From positions 1-64,000 of IMG/VR virus record IMGVR_UViG_3300014911_000002: a DNA stretch of 64,000 nucleotides. One strand, given 5' to 3'. A model generated the notes under the pieces. That model searched no databases, had not been told where the DNA came from, and saw only the letters and a list, made by a program, of their open reading frames with translations. The DNA is from a virus. Both the position numbers and the translations under genes were made by a program. Below, one piece after another: positions 18,927 to 29,449 of this stretch. Numbering within the stretch: the first letter of the stretch is position 1; each line of letters starts with the position of its first letter.

Positions 18927-19252
18927 ATTCTTTCCGAGCGTGTTTTCCTTATCACATCTTTATCGCTATGATGCGTTGAAAACTCTATAATTATTGCATC
19001 TGTGAGCCCCGTGAATCTATGCCAGGAACCAGGTCTTATACGAATGACATCTCCATCTCGGAGTATCATCCTTTTTCTATCTAGTTCGAATAAAACCTTA
19101 CCTCCAAGGATGTAAAATGTTTCATCTTTTTTCCTGTGCATATGCAATGAGCTTCTGTGGCCTTCCTTCAATTGTAATATCTTTCCACAGTATTTATCCG
19201 TATTCACAATCCATAATTCTTGACCCCAAACCTTCTTAACTCGCTTTACCAT
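18908..19252 (-). CDS. Cupin-domain sugar isomerase-like protein
   Basis: KVWGQE, YCGKIL, SLHMHRKKDETF, PGSWHRF, EFSTHH. Confidence 0.85.
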   Translation of the reverse strand: MVKRVKKVWGQELWIVNTDKYCGKILQLKEGHRSSLHMHRKKDETFYILGGKVLFELDRKRMILRDGDVIRIRPGSWHRFTGLTDAIIIEFSTHHSDKDVIRKTRSERICKSVS

Positions 19253-20037
19253 GATGTCTTTCCTCCATCTATAACAACGATAGAACCGGTCATATACGAG
19301 GATGCATCCGATGCAAGAAATACAATCGCTCCTTTGTATTCATCTCGTCTGGCCATCCTTCCAAGCGGTATAAGTTTCGATAATTTTTCAACAAATTCTT
19401 CTGGTTGGTTATTATAAACACCACCAAACACTAGGCAATTACAACGAACATTTTTATCAGCCCAGTAAGTGGCTGTATATTTCGTGAGACCTATTAAACC
19501 TGCTTTTACAATGTTATAAGATACAGGCTTTGGAGTCTCGTAAAGAAACTGAGTAGGACCCAAATGTGCTCCAAGATATGAACCTATATTTATAATAGAG
19601 CCCTTTCTTTGCTTAGCCATTACGCTTCCGAAGACTTGCGTACAGATTAATGCACCTATTAAGCCATCGCGAATGTCCTGTTCTAAGACATCCAATGGAA
19701 AGTTTTCCAATGCACCCCAATTTTTTGAATCGCCCTCTACTTTTGGATTATTTGCTGCATTATTTATAAGTATATCAATATGGCCAAACTGATTAAGTAA
19801 ATCATCTCTTATTGCCTCCATTTTATTCTTATCTGTGATATCAGCATGATATTTAATCCATCTATCAGGAAGTTTGTCAAGCTTCGATTTGTTTCTATCT
19901 ATGATAACTGGAACTCCACCAAACTCTTCGATTGCTTCTGCATGCATTGGTCCTAATAAACCGGCTCCACCAGTTATAATCGCGACACGTCCAGTTAAAT
20001 CAAAGATCCCATAACCCGCTTTAGCAGCCTTATCCAT
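19246..20037 (-). CDS. SDR oxidoreductase (PtmA-like)
   Basis: TGGAGLLG, NNAA, YxxxK (YNIVK), VRCNCLVFGG, PLGRMA. Confidence 0.9.
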   Translation of the reverse strand: MDKAAKAGYGIFDLTGRVAIITGGAGLLGPMHAEAIEEFGGVPVIIDRNKSKLDKLPDRWIKYHADITDKNKMEAIRDDLLNQFGHIDILINNAANNPKVEGDSKNWGALENFPLDVLEQDIRDGLIGALICTQVFGSVMAKQRKGSIINIGSYLGAHLGPTQFLYETPKPVSYNIVKAGLIGLTKYTATYWADKNVRCNCLVFGGVYNNQPEEFVEKLSKLIPLGRMARRDEYKGAIVFLASDASSYMTGSIVVIDGGKTSW

Positions 20038-20519
20038 TTTCTCACCGTATTTTTCTCTTCCACCAACTCTATAAAATTCCCTCCGGGATCTTTAACTACT
20101 GCTATCTTTACAGGCTTTAATTTCGCTTCACAAGATTCAGAAATGATTTCTCCTAATCCTGACTTCTTTATTCTTTTTATAGTTTCATCTAAATCATCCA
20201 CCGTAAATGAAATATGCGAAATTCCAGTGCAGAAATATCCATGGAGGATTTTCACCGTCCGTGGTTTTATGAATTTCATTATTTCAAGTTCTGCACCAGA
20301 CTTTGCCGCAAGCTTAATTGACCATACTGCACAGCCTTGATCTTTTATCTTCTTTCCATAGATTTCGACATCACCAAGCATACATTTCATCTGTTCATAA
20401 TCTTCTATTTCATTCCAAACTTCTTTCATCCCGAGGATCTCTTTATAAAATCTTATAAGTTTTGTAAATTCTTCTTCATCATCAGCTACAATTGCGGGAT
20501 GGCGAATATCGAGAATCAT
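19995..20519 (-). CDS. VOC/glyoxalase family protein
   Basis: IRHPAI, FYKEILGM, GISHISFTVDD, KDPGGNFIELVE. Confidence 0.85.
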   Translation of the reverse strand: MILDIRHPAIVADDEEEFTKLIRFYKEILGMKEVWNEIEDYEQMKCMLGDVEIYGKKIKDQGCAVWSIKLAAKSGAELEIMKFIKPRTVKILHGYFCTGISHISFTVDDLDETIKRIKKSGLGEIISESCEAKLKPVKIAVVKDPGGNFIELVEEKNTVRKWIRLLKRVMGSLI

Positions 20520-21697
20520 ATCATCTCCTCCAATGATGTTCTTATTATTTCAAAACCCTGCCTCAACATCGATTGAGACATAATGAGAGGCGGACCAATC
20601 TTAAAGGTCTTTTTATGTGTAAATATGGGCATCAAACCATTTTTCAGCACTTTCCACGACAATTCTTCTGAATCTTCTTTTCTTGGAAGGTGAAATGCGC
20701 CAACCATACCGATACATCTTATATCCTCTATTAAATTGGGAAATTTCTGCATTATTGAACACATTTCTTGGCGCATTACCTCCTCATTCCTTTTTACATT
20801 CTCCCAGATTTTTTTCTCTAGCATAAACTTTAATGCTCCATATGCTGCAGCACAAGCAATTGGATTTCCAGAATGGGTATTCGAAATATATGTCTTACCA
20901 TCTAGGCAGCTCATTATCCTCTCCCTTCCTGTAACACCGCTCAATGGGAGGGATGAAGAGACTCCTTTTCCCCATATCACCATATCTGGCTGAATATGCG
21001 CATCCCCACCTAAGTGATGATGTTGGTGACAGAATAATTTTCCAGTTCTCCAGAATCCGGCTTGTATTTCGTCTGCTATTAAGACAACTCCATTTTCATT
21101 AGCCCAAGATTCCATGCTTTCTTCATAATCATCTGGTATAGTGTATACAGACCATCCTTGATAAGGTTCAAAAATTATGGCTGCCACTTCTTCTGGCCGT
21201 TTAACTATTGAGACGTCTTCATAAAAGTCAGCATCCGGACTCTTTGGATATGGCAGAAGATAGTCAGCGTCTTCTGATAATATCCTCCGACATTCATGAG
21301 TATTGCCATGATAAGAGTCTTTAAACGCTACAATTTTCTTTCTACCGGTAAATTCCTTTGCTAATCGAAGCGCGGTATCTACAGCCATCGAGCCGTCAGA
21401 GAATAGCGCTGTTTTATAGTGTTTATATGGAAAGATCTCATGAAATAGGCCCAAGAACTTCTCACGCCACTCGTTTCGCCATGCAAACGAATGGAATACA
21501 CCGCTCTTTATCGCTCGTTTGATATATCTTTTAACATATTTATTATTGTGACCAACATTTGCGACAAATATACCAGATGAAAAATCTAAATATTTATCGC
21601 CATATTCATCCCAAATTATACACCCATCTGCTTTAACCCATTTAATATTCTGTGGTACATCATGCATAGAATCTGGTTCATATATCCCCATCTTCAT
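20516..21697 (-). CDS. Class III PLP aminotransferase
   Basis: YLDFSSG, SYHG, FEPYQG, DEIQAGFWRTG, PDMVIWGKG, THSGNP. Confidence 0.92.
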   Translation of the reverse strand: MKMGIYEPDSMHDVPQNIKWVKADGCIIWDEYGDKYLDFSSGIFVANVGHNNKYVKRYIKRAIKSGVFHSFAWRNEWREKFLGLFHEIFPYKHYKTALFSDGSMAVDTALRLAKEFTGRKKIVAFKDSYHGNTHECRRILSEDADYLLPYPKSPDADFYEDVSIVKRPEEVAAIIFEPYQGWSVYTIPDDYEESMESWANENGVVLIADEIQAGFWRTGKLFCHQHHHLGGDAHIQPDMVIWGKGVSSSLPLSGVTGRERIMSCLDGKTYISNTHSGNPIACAAAYGALKFMLEKKIWENVKRNEEVMRQEMCSIMQKFPNLIEDIRCIGMVGAFHLPRKEDSEELSWKVLKNGLMPIFTHKKTFKIGPPLIMSQSMLRQGFEIIRTSLEEMI

Positions 21698-22346
21698 CCC
21701 ATTTTAATAATCCTTCTTTGTCAAGATACCGCATTACAGCCTCAACCTTAATGAAATCCAGCCAAGTATCAATTTCATGATTATATATTTCAGGAACAAT
21801 AAATCTGATTCTTTTGTCTCCCCAATGTCTATTAGATAAAATTACGTCAGCCGAATGAATCTCTACACAACCATCATTATAAAACCAACCTTTCATTTCT
21901 TGCGATGGCATGTTGGGCATTTTTGTCCATTCATAACATTTGCATATGTATCCGGTAGCCAGAGAATCTGGTTCTAGATGCTTAAACGTTCTTATGCATT
22001 TGTCTATTATTCCATTAACCCGTATAGGAGAAGTTGGTTGTAGTAAGACCACATTCTTAGCTTCGATATGCTCCAATGCATGTTTTAGCACGGGAAAGAC
22101 AGATATGTCATCTCTTGCAAGCTCTACTGGTCTTTCTAAAACATTTGCACCATAATGTTTCGCTATTCGTGCTATCTCTATATCCTCTGTTGATACCACA
22201 AAATCATCTAAATATTTAGATTTCTTCGCAGCAAGAATAGACCAATAGATTAGTGGCTTACCATAGAGTTTTTTAATATTTTTTCCAGGAACGCGTTTAC
22301 TTCCTCCTCTTGCGGGTATGACACCTAGAAATTCAATGTTGGACAT
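21678..22346 (-). CDS. neuA: Acylneuraminate cytidylyltransferase
   Basis: IPARGGSKRVPGKN, VSTED, LLQPTSP, EIDT. Confidence 0.92.
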   Translation of the reverse strand: MSNIEFLGVIPARGGSKRVPGKNIKKLYGKPLIYWSILAAKKSKYLDDFVVSTEDIEIARIAKHYGANVLERPVELARDDISVFPVLKHALEHIEAKNVVLLQPTSPIRVNGIIDKCIRTFKHLEPDSLATGYICKCYEWTKMPNMPSQEMKGWFYNDGCVEIHSADVILSNRHWGDKRIRFIVPEIYNHEIDTWLDFIKVEAVMRYLDKEGLLKWDEDGDI

Positions 22347-22591
22347 TATTCAACCTCTTCCTTTATTGAGTGTTCAAGATTTGTCCATTTTAGTTTCTCC
22401 AATACATATTCGAAGTTTACATCTATTTCATAAATCGTTATTGACATTGGGAAATAGGCACCTTCAATTCCATTCTTCTCAAGCTCTTTATAGAACGTCT
22501 TTATTGCTTTTCTCAATGCACCAACAACTGATTTGAAAACTTCAGAATTCTCATCCTCTAACAAATGCCTCACCTCATCCCGATGAATCAT
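22346..22591 (-). CDS. Hypothetical protein
   Basis: Fills the gap and is coupled to neighbouring genes. Confidence 0.55.
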   Translation of the reverse strand: MIHRDEVRHLLEDENSEVFKSVVGALRKAIKTFYKELEKNGIEGAYFPMSITIYEIDVNFEYVLEKLKWTNLEHSIKEEVE

Positions 22592-22823
22592 AAATCCATC
22601 TCACGATGAAAAATTTGTATTCTCCCTTTCTGTCATATGCCGGTGGATATGCTGGAATTCCTGTATCATAGATGAAATCATCTAGAGGCTCATACGAACA
22701 TCGCTCCTTAATTTCTTCTTTGACTTCTTGCTTATTTTTTGCGATTAGCAATGCAACTGCCATATGCTCATGCGCATAGATATTCATAACTTTCTCAGCT
22801 ACTATCACTCTTTTACCTCCCAA
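22575..22823 (-). CDS. Hypothetical protein
   Basis: Operon-like packing. Confidence 0.5.
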   Translation of the reverse strand: MGGKRVIVAEKVMNIYAHEHMAVALLIAKNKQEVKEEIKERCSYEPLDDFIYDTGIPAYPPAYDRKGEYKFFIVRWIYDSSG

Positions 22824-23656
22824 TACCGAAGCTTCTTTGCAATTTCCCTTTCTTTCTCTAATATACGTTTCTTACCGTCGCCTATCATTTTCAGTGCAGC
22901 ATCACAATATTTTCGAACTAACTCCATACCATGAGGTTCTAGAGACGCCGCCTGATCGGAGCCCCACATAGTCCTATCAAGCGTTATGTGCTTTTCAATA
23001 TAGCGTGCACCATAGACTACAGCCAATGCTGCCGGAAGAACGCCTGGATTATGGCATGAATAACCCACTTCGCATTTGTATCTCTTCGCCAATTTGGGAA
23101 TTAAAGAAAGATTAAGCTCTTCATCTTTCGCTGGATAGGTTCCGACACAATGCATAAGAACGAATGGGCATTTTTCTCTTTTGAATATTTTCACGGCTTT
23201 ATCTATGTCCTTCCATGTTGCCATCCCTGTAGATATGAATGTCAATTTACCTTCTGATGCCACCATTTCGAGCAACGGTCTGTAAGTGATCATTGGAGAT
23301 GCTATTTTATTATATTTCAAATCGTATTGCCTCAGAAATTCTTGTGATTCTAGGTCCCAAGCTGAGGCAAACCAGTTTATCCCCTTGAGTTTACAATACT
23401 CATCAATGAAATCATATTCGTCTTTCCCAAATTCAAGTCGTTCCTTATATTCGATATATGGCATTTCGCCCCAGGGAGTTTCTTTAGGCTTATTCCACAT
23501 TGACTTTGGGATGACTTTTCTCACATTGCGCTTCTGTAATTTTACAGCATTCCATCCATATTTTATTGCTAAATCAATGAGATTTGTTGCTATATCTAGT
23601 GAACCGTTATGGTTTATGCCTATCTCTGCAATAAGGAATACTTCATCCTTCATCAT
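22805..23656 (-). CDS. neuB: N-acetylneuraminate/nonulosonate synthase
   Basis: IAEIGINHNG, AVKLQKR, KIAS, ISTGM, MHCVGTYP, IEKHITLDR...GSDQAASLEP. Confidence 0.93.
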   Translation of the reverse strand: MMKDEVFLIAEIGINHNGSLDIATNLIDLAIKYGWNAVKLQKRNVRKVIPKSMWNKPKETPWGEMPYIEYKERLEFGKDEYDFIDEYCKLKGINWFASAWDLESQEFLRQYDLKYNKIASPMITYRPLLEMVASEGKLTFISTGMATWKDIDKAVKIFKREKCPFVLMHCVGTYPAKDEELNLSLIPKLAKRYKCEVGYSCHNPGVLPAALAVVYGARYIEKHITLDRTMWGSDQAASLEPHGMELVRKYCDAALKMIGDGKKRILEKEREIAKKLRYWEVKE

Positions 23657-24350
23657 CTTTCCATCCTTCTATATATGGTATCTCGAACAACTTCACATGA
23701 AAATCAAGGTATGCATTCCTTGGGTCATGGCCCCACATCTCATTCCCATCTTCGTTGCGTTCACCCATCAATTCTCCATGATCTGACGTTATGACAATTT
23801 TTGTACCATCCGGAATGAATTTCCATAATTGACCGAATAAGCTATCAACATATTTAATGGCAGCAACTTGACCATTCCACTGTTCTTCCCGTGATTGCTT
23901 TTTGTAATGTCTTTTGCCATCAAACATTGGAGCATGAGTTTCCATTAGCAATGTGAATATTGCAAACTTTCTTTTCCGCTTCATAATTTTTCTCACATCC
24001 CGAAATATCTCTTTAGCACCAGCATGAAGCGGATATTCGGTCCCCTTTACCAGATCCCAATTGTGGAAAAAATTGGCATAATAAAGCATAAGAGGATTTG
24101 GGGTTAGAAATGCCCAAAAGACTTTCTCATCCCGTATGGAATCCCAGCCCCAGATGTACCGACGGATAACAGGTTCGGGATAGCCCAAAGGCGGCACACC
24201 ATGAACATATGTTGGTATTGTTGCTAATGTCCAGCATCCTGGCGAATAAACTTTGTGAAGCGTTCCAACCCTTAAGAAGTTCCCGGGGTTTGCCTCTTTG
24301 AATGTATCAAATCGGCATGAATCAAGAATCAGAAATAGTATATTCTCCAC
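23643..24350 (-). CDS. Alkaline phosphatase/sulfatase-superfamily protein
   Basis: LILDSCRFD, ETHAP, ITSDHGE, WGH. Confidence 0.8.
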   Translation of the reverse strand: MENILFLILDSCRFDTFKEANPGNFLRVGTLHKVYSPGCWTLATIPTYVHGVPPLGYPEPVIRRYIWGWDSIRDEKVFWAFLTPNPLMLYYANFFHNWDLVKGTEYPLHAGAKEIFRDVRKIMKRKRKFAIFTLLMETHAPMFDGKRHYKKQSREEQWNGQVAAIKYVDSLFGQLWKFIPDGTKIVITSDHGELMGERNEDGNEMWGHDPRNAYLDFHVKLFEIPYIEGWKDDEG

Positions 24351-24684
24351 GTTTTATCACCTTCGCAATACACATCTCTGGGTTCAATCGACTTAATATG
24401 GTCTTCATGGTCTTCAGCGCATCACCTTCTCCACACGCATAAATGTCTATGGACATATATTTATGTTCTGGATAGGTATGTACCGCAACATGGCTTTCCT
24501 TTAGTAATACAACCAACGAATAGCCATCTGTTTCGAATTTGTGATGCACATCTTCGAGAGGCGTCATTCCGCCCATAGATATCGCAAGCCGTACGAGAGA
24601 ACGCATTTGGTCAATATCTGTGAGGAATAGCTCATCTTCTGGTTTCCATAAATCTATTATTGCATGACTACCTTTCGTTTCCAT
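24322..24684 (-). CDS. speD: S-adenosylmethionine decarboxylase proenzyme
   Basis: LLKESHVAVHTYPE...IDIYACG (ES autocleavage site); GGAGG RBS before METKGSH. Confidence 0.9.
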   Translation of the reverse strand: METKGSHAIIDLWKPEDELFLTDIDQMRSLVRLAISMGGMTPLEDVHHKFETDGYSLVVLLKESHVAVHTYPEHKYMSIDIYACGEGDALKTMKTILSRLNPEMCIAKVIKRGEYTISDS

Positions 24685-24685
24685 A

Positions 24686-25651
24686 TTATCCTCCCGGCGA
24701 TAAACAGCGTTTACAAATAAAATCATCTGGAGTTTCTATTTCGCCTTTTACCATCTTTTTAACTTCTAACCAGCGTTCCGATTCAAACAACTCTTTAACT
24801 GACATCCTTTTTAGGTCTCCTATTACCACCTCTTTCTTATAATCCATACAACACAATACAACCTCGCCATTATACAACACATGAAGACAGCCATGGATTC
24901 GTAGACAATCAAATGGATGATCTTTATCTATTTTTCTGACTATCTTATCATAATTCCAGCCCTCAATGTTCACATTGCCAGCCCTATTGTGGAAAATCTT
25001 TGGGTCGATAATCAATTTATCGGGGTCTATTCCATTTTCTGTCAAGATCTTTACGAGGTATCGTTTAACCTGTCTTGGATGGTTTAAAACGTATCGCTTA
25101 TCAATTGAATAAGCCATATCTTGAATTGATATCTTCATCTTACCTTGAAATTTTTGCAAGAAATAAATTATGTTATTCAAGGCCTTTTCATAATTAATTC
25201 CCATTATCCGTTCGCATGTTTCCTTATTAATTCCATGGTGGCTTATTGTAAATTTACCCCAGAAACCATGTCGTTTAAACATGTCATAGAGATCATCGAT
25301 AATATCTTCATTCAATAGTTCCATGTTAGAAGAGAATTCTACATATGGATTGTGAAGAATATTGTAGGCCAATTCAGCTCGTTCAATTATCTTCTTATCT
25401 GCAAACGGTTCGTTCATTAAATATGGACAGAACTTGCCATCAAATTCGGGATCGTATTCTGCTATATCGTTGAGTATTTTCTCGTATAAATCATCTTGCA
25501 TATATCCTGGATGTTTGTAATGCCAGGATGAACGGTACGGGCACATTATGCATCGAGCATTGCAAACGGAAGTTGTCATAATTTGAACAAGATTGAGCCG
25601 TCTATGTGGTAACCATGGAATGAATCCATCATTATAAGGCATAAAGATCAC
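24686..25651 (-). CDS. Radical SAM protein with SPASM/twitch domain
   Basis: CNARCIMC, MNEP, NRAGN, C...VLCCMD...ICKRC. Confidence 0.88.
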   Translation of the reverse strand: MIFMPYNDGFIPWLPHRRLNLVQIMTTSVCNARCIMCPYRSSWHYKHPGYMQDDLYEKILNDIAEYDPEFDGKFCPYLMNEPFADKKIIERAELAYNILHNPYVEFSSNMELLNEDIIDDLYDMFKRHGFWGKFTISHHGINKETCERIMGINYEKALNNIIYFLQKFQGKMKISIQDMAYSIDKRYVLNHPRQVKRYLVKILTENGIDPDKLIIDPKIFHNRAGNVNIEGWNYDKIVRKIDKDHPFDCLRIHGCLHVLYNGEVVLCCMDYKKEVVIGDLKRMSVKELFESERWLEVKKMVKGEIETPDDFICKRCLSPGG

Positions 25652-26399
25652 CTATAAATTTCAGACATCGTTCCAAGTTTTCCTTATAGCCAGCAAGACC
25701 TCTTTTATCCGTGCCCACATGAAGAACATATGGAACGACATTAGGCTGCTCTGGTCTCCAGCCAAACCAGTGATGTTCTTCTGTCATTGGTTTGAATTTA
25801 TATCCAGCAAGGGCAATAGAGACTGCAAATTCATTATGATGCATGTCATCTACTGTATTCGGACTCTTCAATTTCTTTTGGTGGAACAATGTATAAGCTG
25901 CTAAAAAATCATCTTTTATCTTCTTTTGGATGCCATGCCTGATTATCAAGAAACCATCGTTTATTGGTATAGCATCTTGTGGCTTATTGAAGCGTTTTAA
26001 AGCATCCTTCCAAGCTTTGTTGTCCCAAGTTGGCTTAATCTTACCCTTATATCTAAAACACGGTTCTTCTCTTGCAGAGTAATCAAAATCACCAAGAAGC
26101 TCTCTTATATCTCGTAATACCAGAGTATCACAATCAAGGAAAATCAAATCATCTGCATCAATGTCACATATCTCTATTTTGTATTTAAAGTTCGGTAGCT
26201 CTAAGTTTCTATAAAACTCATCTCCAGGTCTTATTTCAGCATATCTCTTTAAGCTCCAGATCTTTGAGGTCTTTCTTGGCTTTGGATTTACAATAAGAAC
26301 AACCTCGTCACGATCAACAAATCTATGAAGTGTCTTCAGTGAATTTTTTGCTTGAAAATAAAAGTCAAATGAATCTGGAAGAGTATATACAACTTTCAT
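25632..26399 (-). CDS. Glycosyltransferase (GT-A fold, GT8-like)
   Basis: YKIEI, IFLDCDTLV, INDGF, late LH motif. Confidence 0.75.
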   Translation of the reverse strand: MKVVYTLPDSFDFYFQAKNSLKTLHRFVDRDEVVLIVNPKPRKTSKIWSLKRYAEIRPGDEFYRNLELPNFKYKIEICDIDADDLIFLDCDTLVLRDIRELLGDFDYSAREEPCFRYKGKIKPTWDNKAWKDALKRFNKPQDAIPINDGFLIIRHGIQKKIKDDFLAAYTLFHQKKLKSPNTVDDMHHNEFAVSIALAGYKFKPMTEEHHWFGWRPEQPNVVPYVLHVGTDKRGLAGYKENLERCLKFIGDLYAL

Positions 26400-27808
26400 T
26401 TAAACTCAAGCCCAAATTTATCAAGTCTTTGGGTATAACCTACTCTACGTCTGGCCATCTTTACATACTCTGGATTTAATTCTATGCCTATATAATGTCT
26501 TCCAAGTTTTTTCGCTACAAGACAAGTTGTTCCTGAGCCTGCGAATGGGTCTAATACTATTCCGCTGTCCCAACCTGCACCGCATCCGCAATCTGTCCAG
26601 CCTACAGTAATATGCTCTCTTGCTATCATCCTTACACATTTGCATTCCGCCCCTTGATATCTCTCCTTATTTTGTGCCATTTTTCCTTTATTACTCCCTC
26701 CTTTTGCGGTAATTCTTCCTAACTTAATTATCCTCTCTCTTGCCTTCCCACATTTCTTACAAATCCACTGAGGGCAGGCTGCTTTTATCATTGGTTCTAC
26801 AAGCCTTTGAGGGAAAGTGGCAAAGTGGGCATCAGGAAATGATTCTGTTGGTATGCTCCAGACATCACCAGGATTCTTTCCTAACTTTCTGCCTTCAGCC
26901 AATTCTTTATACCATTTATCTTGTCTCGAAGCCGTTATACCGCTGAAATATAAGCCGCTGTCGTCCTTTCTTCTTTCTGGATTATTGAACGCCTTCGCTC
27001 TTTTGAATGTAGAAGGGGCAAATGGCACTCTCACAGCGTCCAAATCAAACCAGTATTTATCAGATTTTGTGAGCATGAAAACTGGCTCATAGGAATTAGT
27101 GAATCTATCTTTTGCACTTGAAGGCATATGATTCGGTTTGAACCATATAATAATATTACGAAGTATCCAACCTTGTTCATCCACCATATGTAAGATGAGT
27201 CGGTAATTTTGCATGCACAGTGACTTTCTTGGAATACCTTGATTCTCAATCAGATCATTACTCCTCAAACCAGCACTTCCAATCCGCTCTTCATAACCTG
27301 GGGCAATATTTTCGTATATTTTCCCGCTGCCGCTCTTCGTCGCATAGTTATCACCATGATTCCAAAACATTACTCCGGTTGGTTTCAGGACCCTCTTAAG
27401 TTCAGCAGTGATTTGGAGGAGATGTTCTATGTACATATCAAGCGTTGGTTCAAGACCGAGTTGCCCGTGCCATGCTCCACATTTTTTACAAAAGGACGAC
27501 CTAGTGACCCTATTATGATAGCCAACGAATTCTCTAAAATTCTCTTTGCCCTTGATATTGAATTTTTCTTTGGCAAAATCAGTTTTTCCGCCGGACGCAT
27601 TGGGTCTTTCCGTTTCAACAATTTCCCATTCGTGTTCACAATCTGGGTTTCCACCCCACACCTTGCAAGTTGCCTCTCCATAATCCCGCAAACCCCAATA
27701 CGGCGGACTCGTAATAATGCAGTCTACTGAATCTGATGGCATCTGCTTGAGAACCTCGAGAGTGTCACCGCAGATGATTTTATCAATAAATTGTTCTATC
27801 TCTCTCAT
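26396..27808 (-). CDS. Site-specific DNA methyltransferase (N4/N6, beta class) with Zn-ribbon inserts
   Basis: ITSPPYWGLRDY, RVLKPTG, HFATFP, VLDPFAGSGTT, GIELN. Confidence 0.93.
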   Translation of the reverse strand: MREIEQFIDKIICGDTLEVLKQMPSDSVDCIITSPPYWGLRDYGEATCKVWGGNPDCEHEWEIVETERPNASGGKTDFAKEKFNIKGKENFREFVGYHNRVTRSSFCKKCGAWHGQLGLEPTLDMYIEHLLQITAELKRVLKPTGVMFWNHGDNYATKSGSGKIYENIAPGYEERIGSAGLRSNDLIENQGIPRKSLCMQNYRLILHMVDEQGWILRNIIIWFKPNHMPSSAKDRFTNSYEPVFMLTKSDKYWFDLDAVRVPFAPSTFKRAKAFNNPERRKDDSGLYFSGITASRQDKWYKELAEGRKLGKNPGDVWSIPTESFPDAHFATFPQRLVEPMIKAACPQWICKKCGKARERIIKLGRITAKGGSNKGKMAQNKERYQGAECKCVRMIAREHITVGWTDCGCGAGWDSGIVLDPFAGSGTTCLVAKKLGRHYIGIELNPEYVKMARRRVGYTQRLDKFGLEFK

Positions 27809-27809
27809 T

Positions 27810-28613
27810 TTATCTCGGCTTATCCTGATATTTATCCCATCCAACTATAGGCCATATTTTCCACTTATTCCAGAAATACTCTATGGCTTTACGACCGTCA
27901 AATTCATATGAGAGAGAACCATAAGGGAAAGGTCTTGGGTCGTGAATCACATATTGGCGTGTATACATATAGCATTTAATTTCTTTAAGCTTACATTGAA
28001 GAAAGAAATCCAGCCTATCTCCCTTCCATGAAAAGTTATTGTCCCACCTTACCTTTTCGTATACATCCATAGGCAAGACCATAGAATGCAAACACTCATC
28101 TGTCTCTACAAAATCCATCTTGAATGTCTTTGCAAACTCAAATGGGATTGGATATTTCTTCACACAAGGTCTTCCGTTTTGAATGCCAAATATATATTTC
28201 ATCGAAGCATGCCTAAATGATTTATAGTAGTTGTCATACCAAGCTACAGATGTAATTGTAAGTTCTCCTTGTCTTCTTCGTTCTTTCACAAACTTAAGAA
28301 GAGTTTCAATAATACCTGCTTCTTTGAAATAAATATCATCATCTAGATGCATTAAGAATTCTGTATCGCAAGCATCTGCTATTAGATTATTCGATTCACA
28401 ACATCCTATTTTTCTATCGGCTATGTCTAGATAGATATCTGCTTTCTTCTCAGCCCATGACATATCCACTTCATTCGTAAAGGCTTTGGTGTTGTCGAGA
28501 ATTATAAGCTTATATGGAATCTTTACAAATCTCTCAAGAGATGCCAAACACCGTTTTAGGACTCTTGGACGCCCGCATGTTGCTATACCAATAGAAAGTT
28601 CTGGAGATGCCAT
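27810..28613 (-). CDS. Glycosyltransferase family 2
   Basis: IGIATCGRP...LKRCLASL, ILDN, HLDDD. Confidence 0.85.
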   Translation of the reverse strand: MASPELSIGIATCGRPRVLKRCLASLERFVKIPYKLIILDNTKAFTNEVDMSWAEKKADIYLDIADRKIGCCESNNLIADACDTEFLMHLDDDIYFKEAGIIETLLKFVKERRRQGELTITSVAWYDNYYKSFRHASMKYIFGIQNGRPCVKKYPIPFEFAKTFKMDFVETDECLHSMVLPMDVYEKVRWDNNFSWKGDRLDFFLQCKLKEIKCYMYTRQYVIHDPRPFPYGSLSYEFDGRKAIEYFWNKWKIWPIVGWDKYQDKPR

Positions 28614-28630
28614 ATTACCTCTCAACCACC

Positions 28631-28759
28631 CTCAAATTTTGCGTTTAAACGTGTCTAGAATGGTCGTAGAGACGAGTTTTCGTCGAACGAATAGTAACAT
28701 ACTTGTGCGAGAAAAACTCGTCTCCTCGTCGATTTTAGACGCGTTTAACGCGATATTTT
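28631..28759. repeat. Dispersed palindromic element, copy 3
   Basis: GAGACGAGTTTT...AAAACTCGTCTC around core CGAATAGTAACATACTTG (28688-28705); its reverse complement shares AAATATCGCGTTAAACGCGTCTAA with copy 2. Confidence 0.9.
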
Positions 28760-28762
28760 ATT

Positions 28763-29449
28763 TCACCTGATAATGCATCTCTGAACGTAATATTCTGCAC
28801 GTTTTTTAATCATTTGTAACTCATCGTCTGTGAATTCTCTAATGTTCTTTGCACGTTTCGGATTCAATGCTTTCGTAAATTTAAACCGCTGGAGAGCATA
28901 TAATCTTGCTCCCTCGATATATTTCGCTATCTCCTCGATATCATCCATATCAAGAATTCCTCTGCCGATGGTCGTTCTAAATTCATAATCTAGATTGCTG
29001 TTCATCAACAGCCTTATGCTTTCCTTTATATCATTTATATTTACATCAGCACAAGCGATGTCTCGGTATTTCCCAAATGGACCTTTTATATCCATAGCTA
29101 TGTAATCGACTAAATCCTGTTCGATAAGTTCCTCCAGCATTCTAGGATTAGAACCATTTGTATCAAGTTTGATTAGAAAACCCATCTCCTTGATTTTCTT
29201 CAGGAAAGAAGGGAGATCTTCTTGCAATGTTGGCTCGCCACCTGTTATTACAACACCACTGATTTTCCTACGACGTCTGCCCAAGAAATCTAATATCTCT
29301 TTCTCGGAATAGACACCATCTTTTTGAGCTATAAGTTCTGGATTATGACAATAAAAACAACGGAAATTACATCCCTGAGTGAATATAACCGCTGCAATCT
29401 TCCCTGGATAGTCAATCAGGGAGGTCTTAAGAAGGCCGCCTATTCTCAT
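28763..29449 (-). CDS. nrdG: Anaerobic ribonucleotide reductase activating enzyme
   Basis: SLIDYPG, GCNFRCFYCHNP, TGGEPT, KLDTNG; adjacent to nrdD. Confidence 0.93.
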   Translation of the reverse strand: MRIGGLLKTSLIDYPGKIAAVIFTQGCNFRCFYCHNPELIAQKDGVYSEKEILDFLGRRRRKISGVVITGGEPTLQEDLPSFLKKIKEMGFLIKLDTNGSNPRMLEELIEQDLVDYIAMDIKGPFGKYRDIACADVNINDIKESIRLLMNSNLDYEFRTTIGRGILDMDDIEEIAKYIEGARLYALQRFKFTKALNPKRAKNIREFTDDELQMIKKRAEYYVQRCIIR

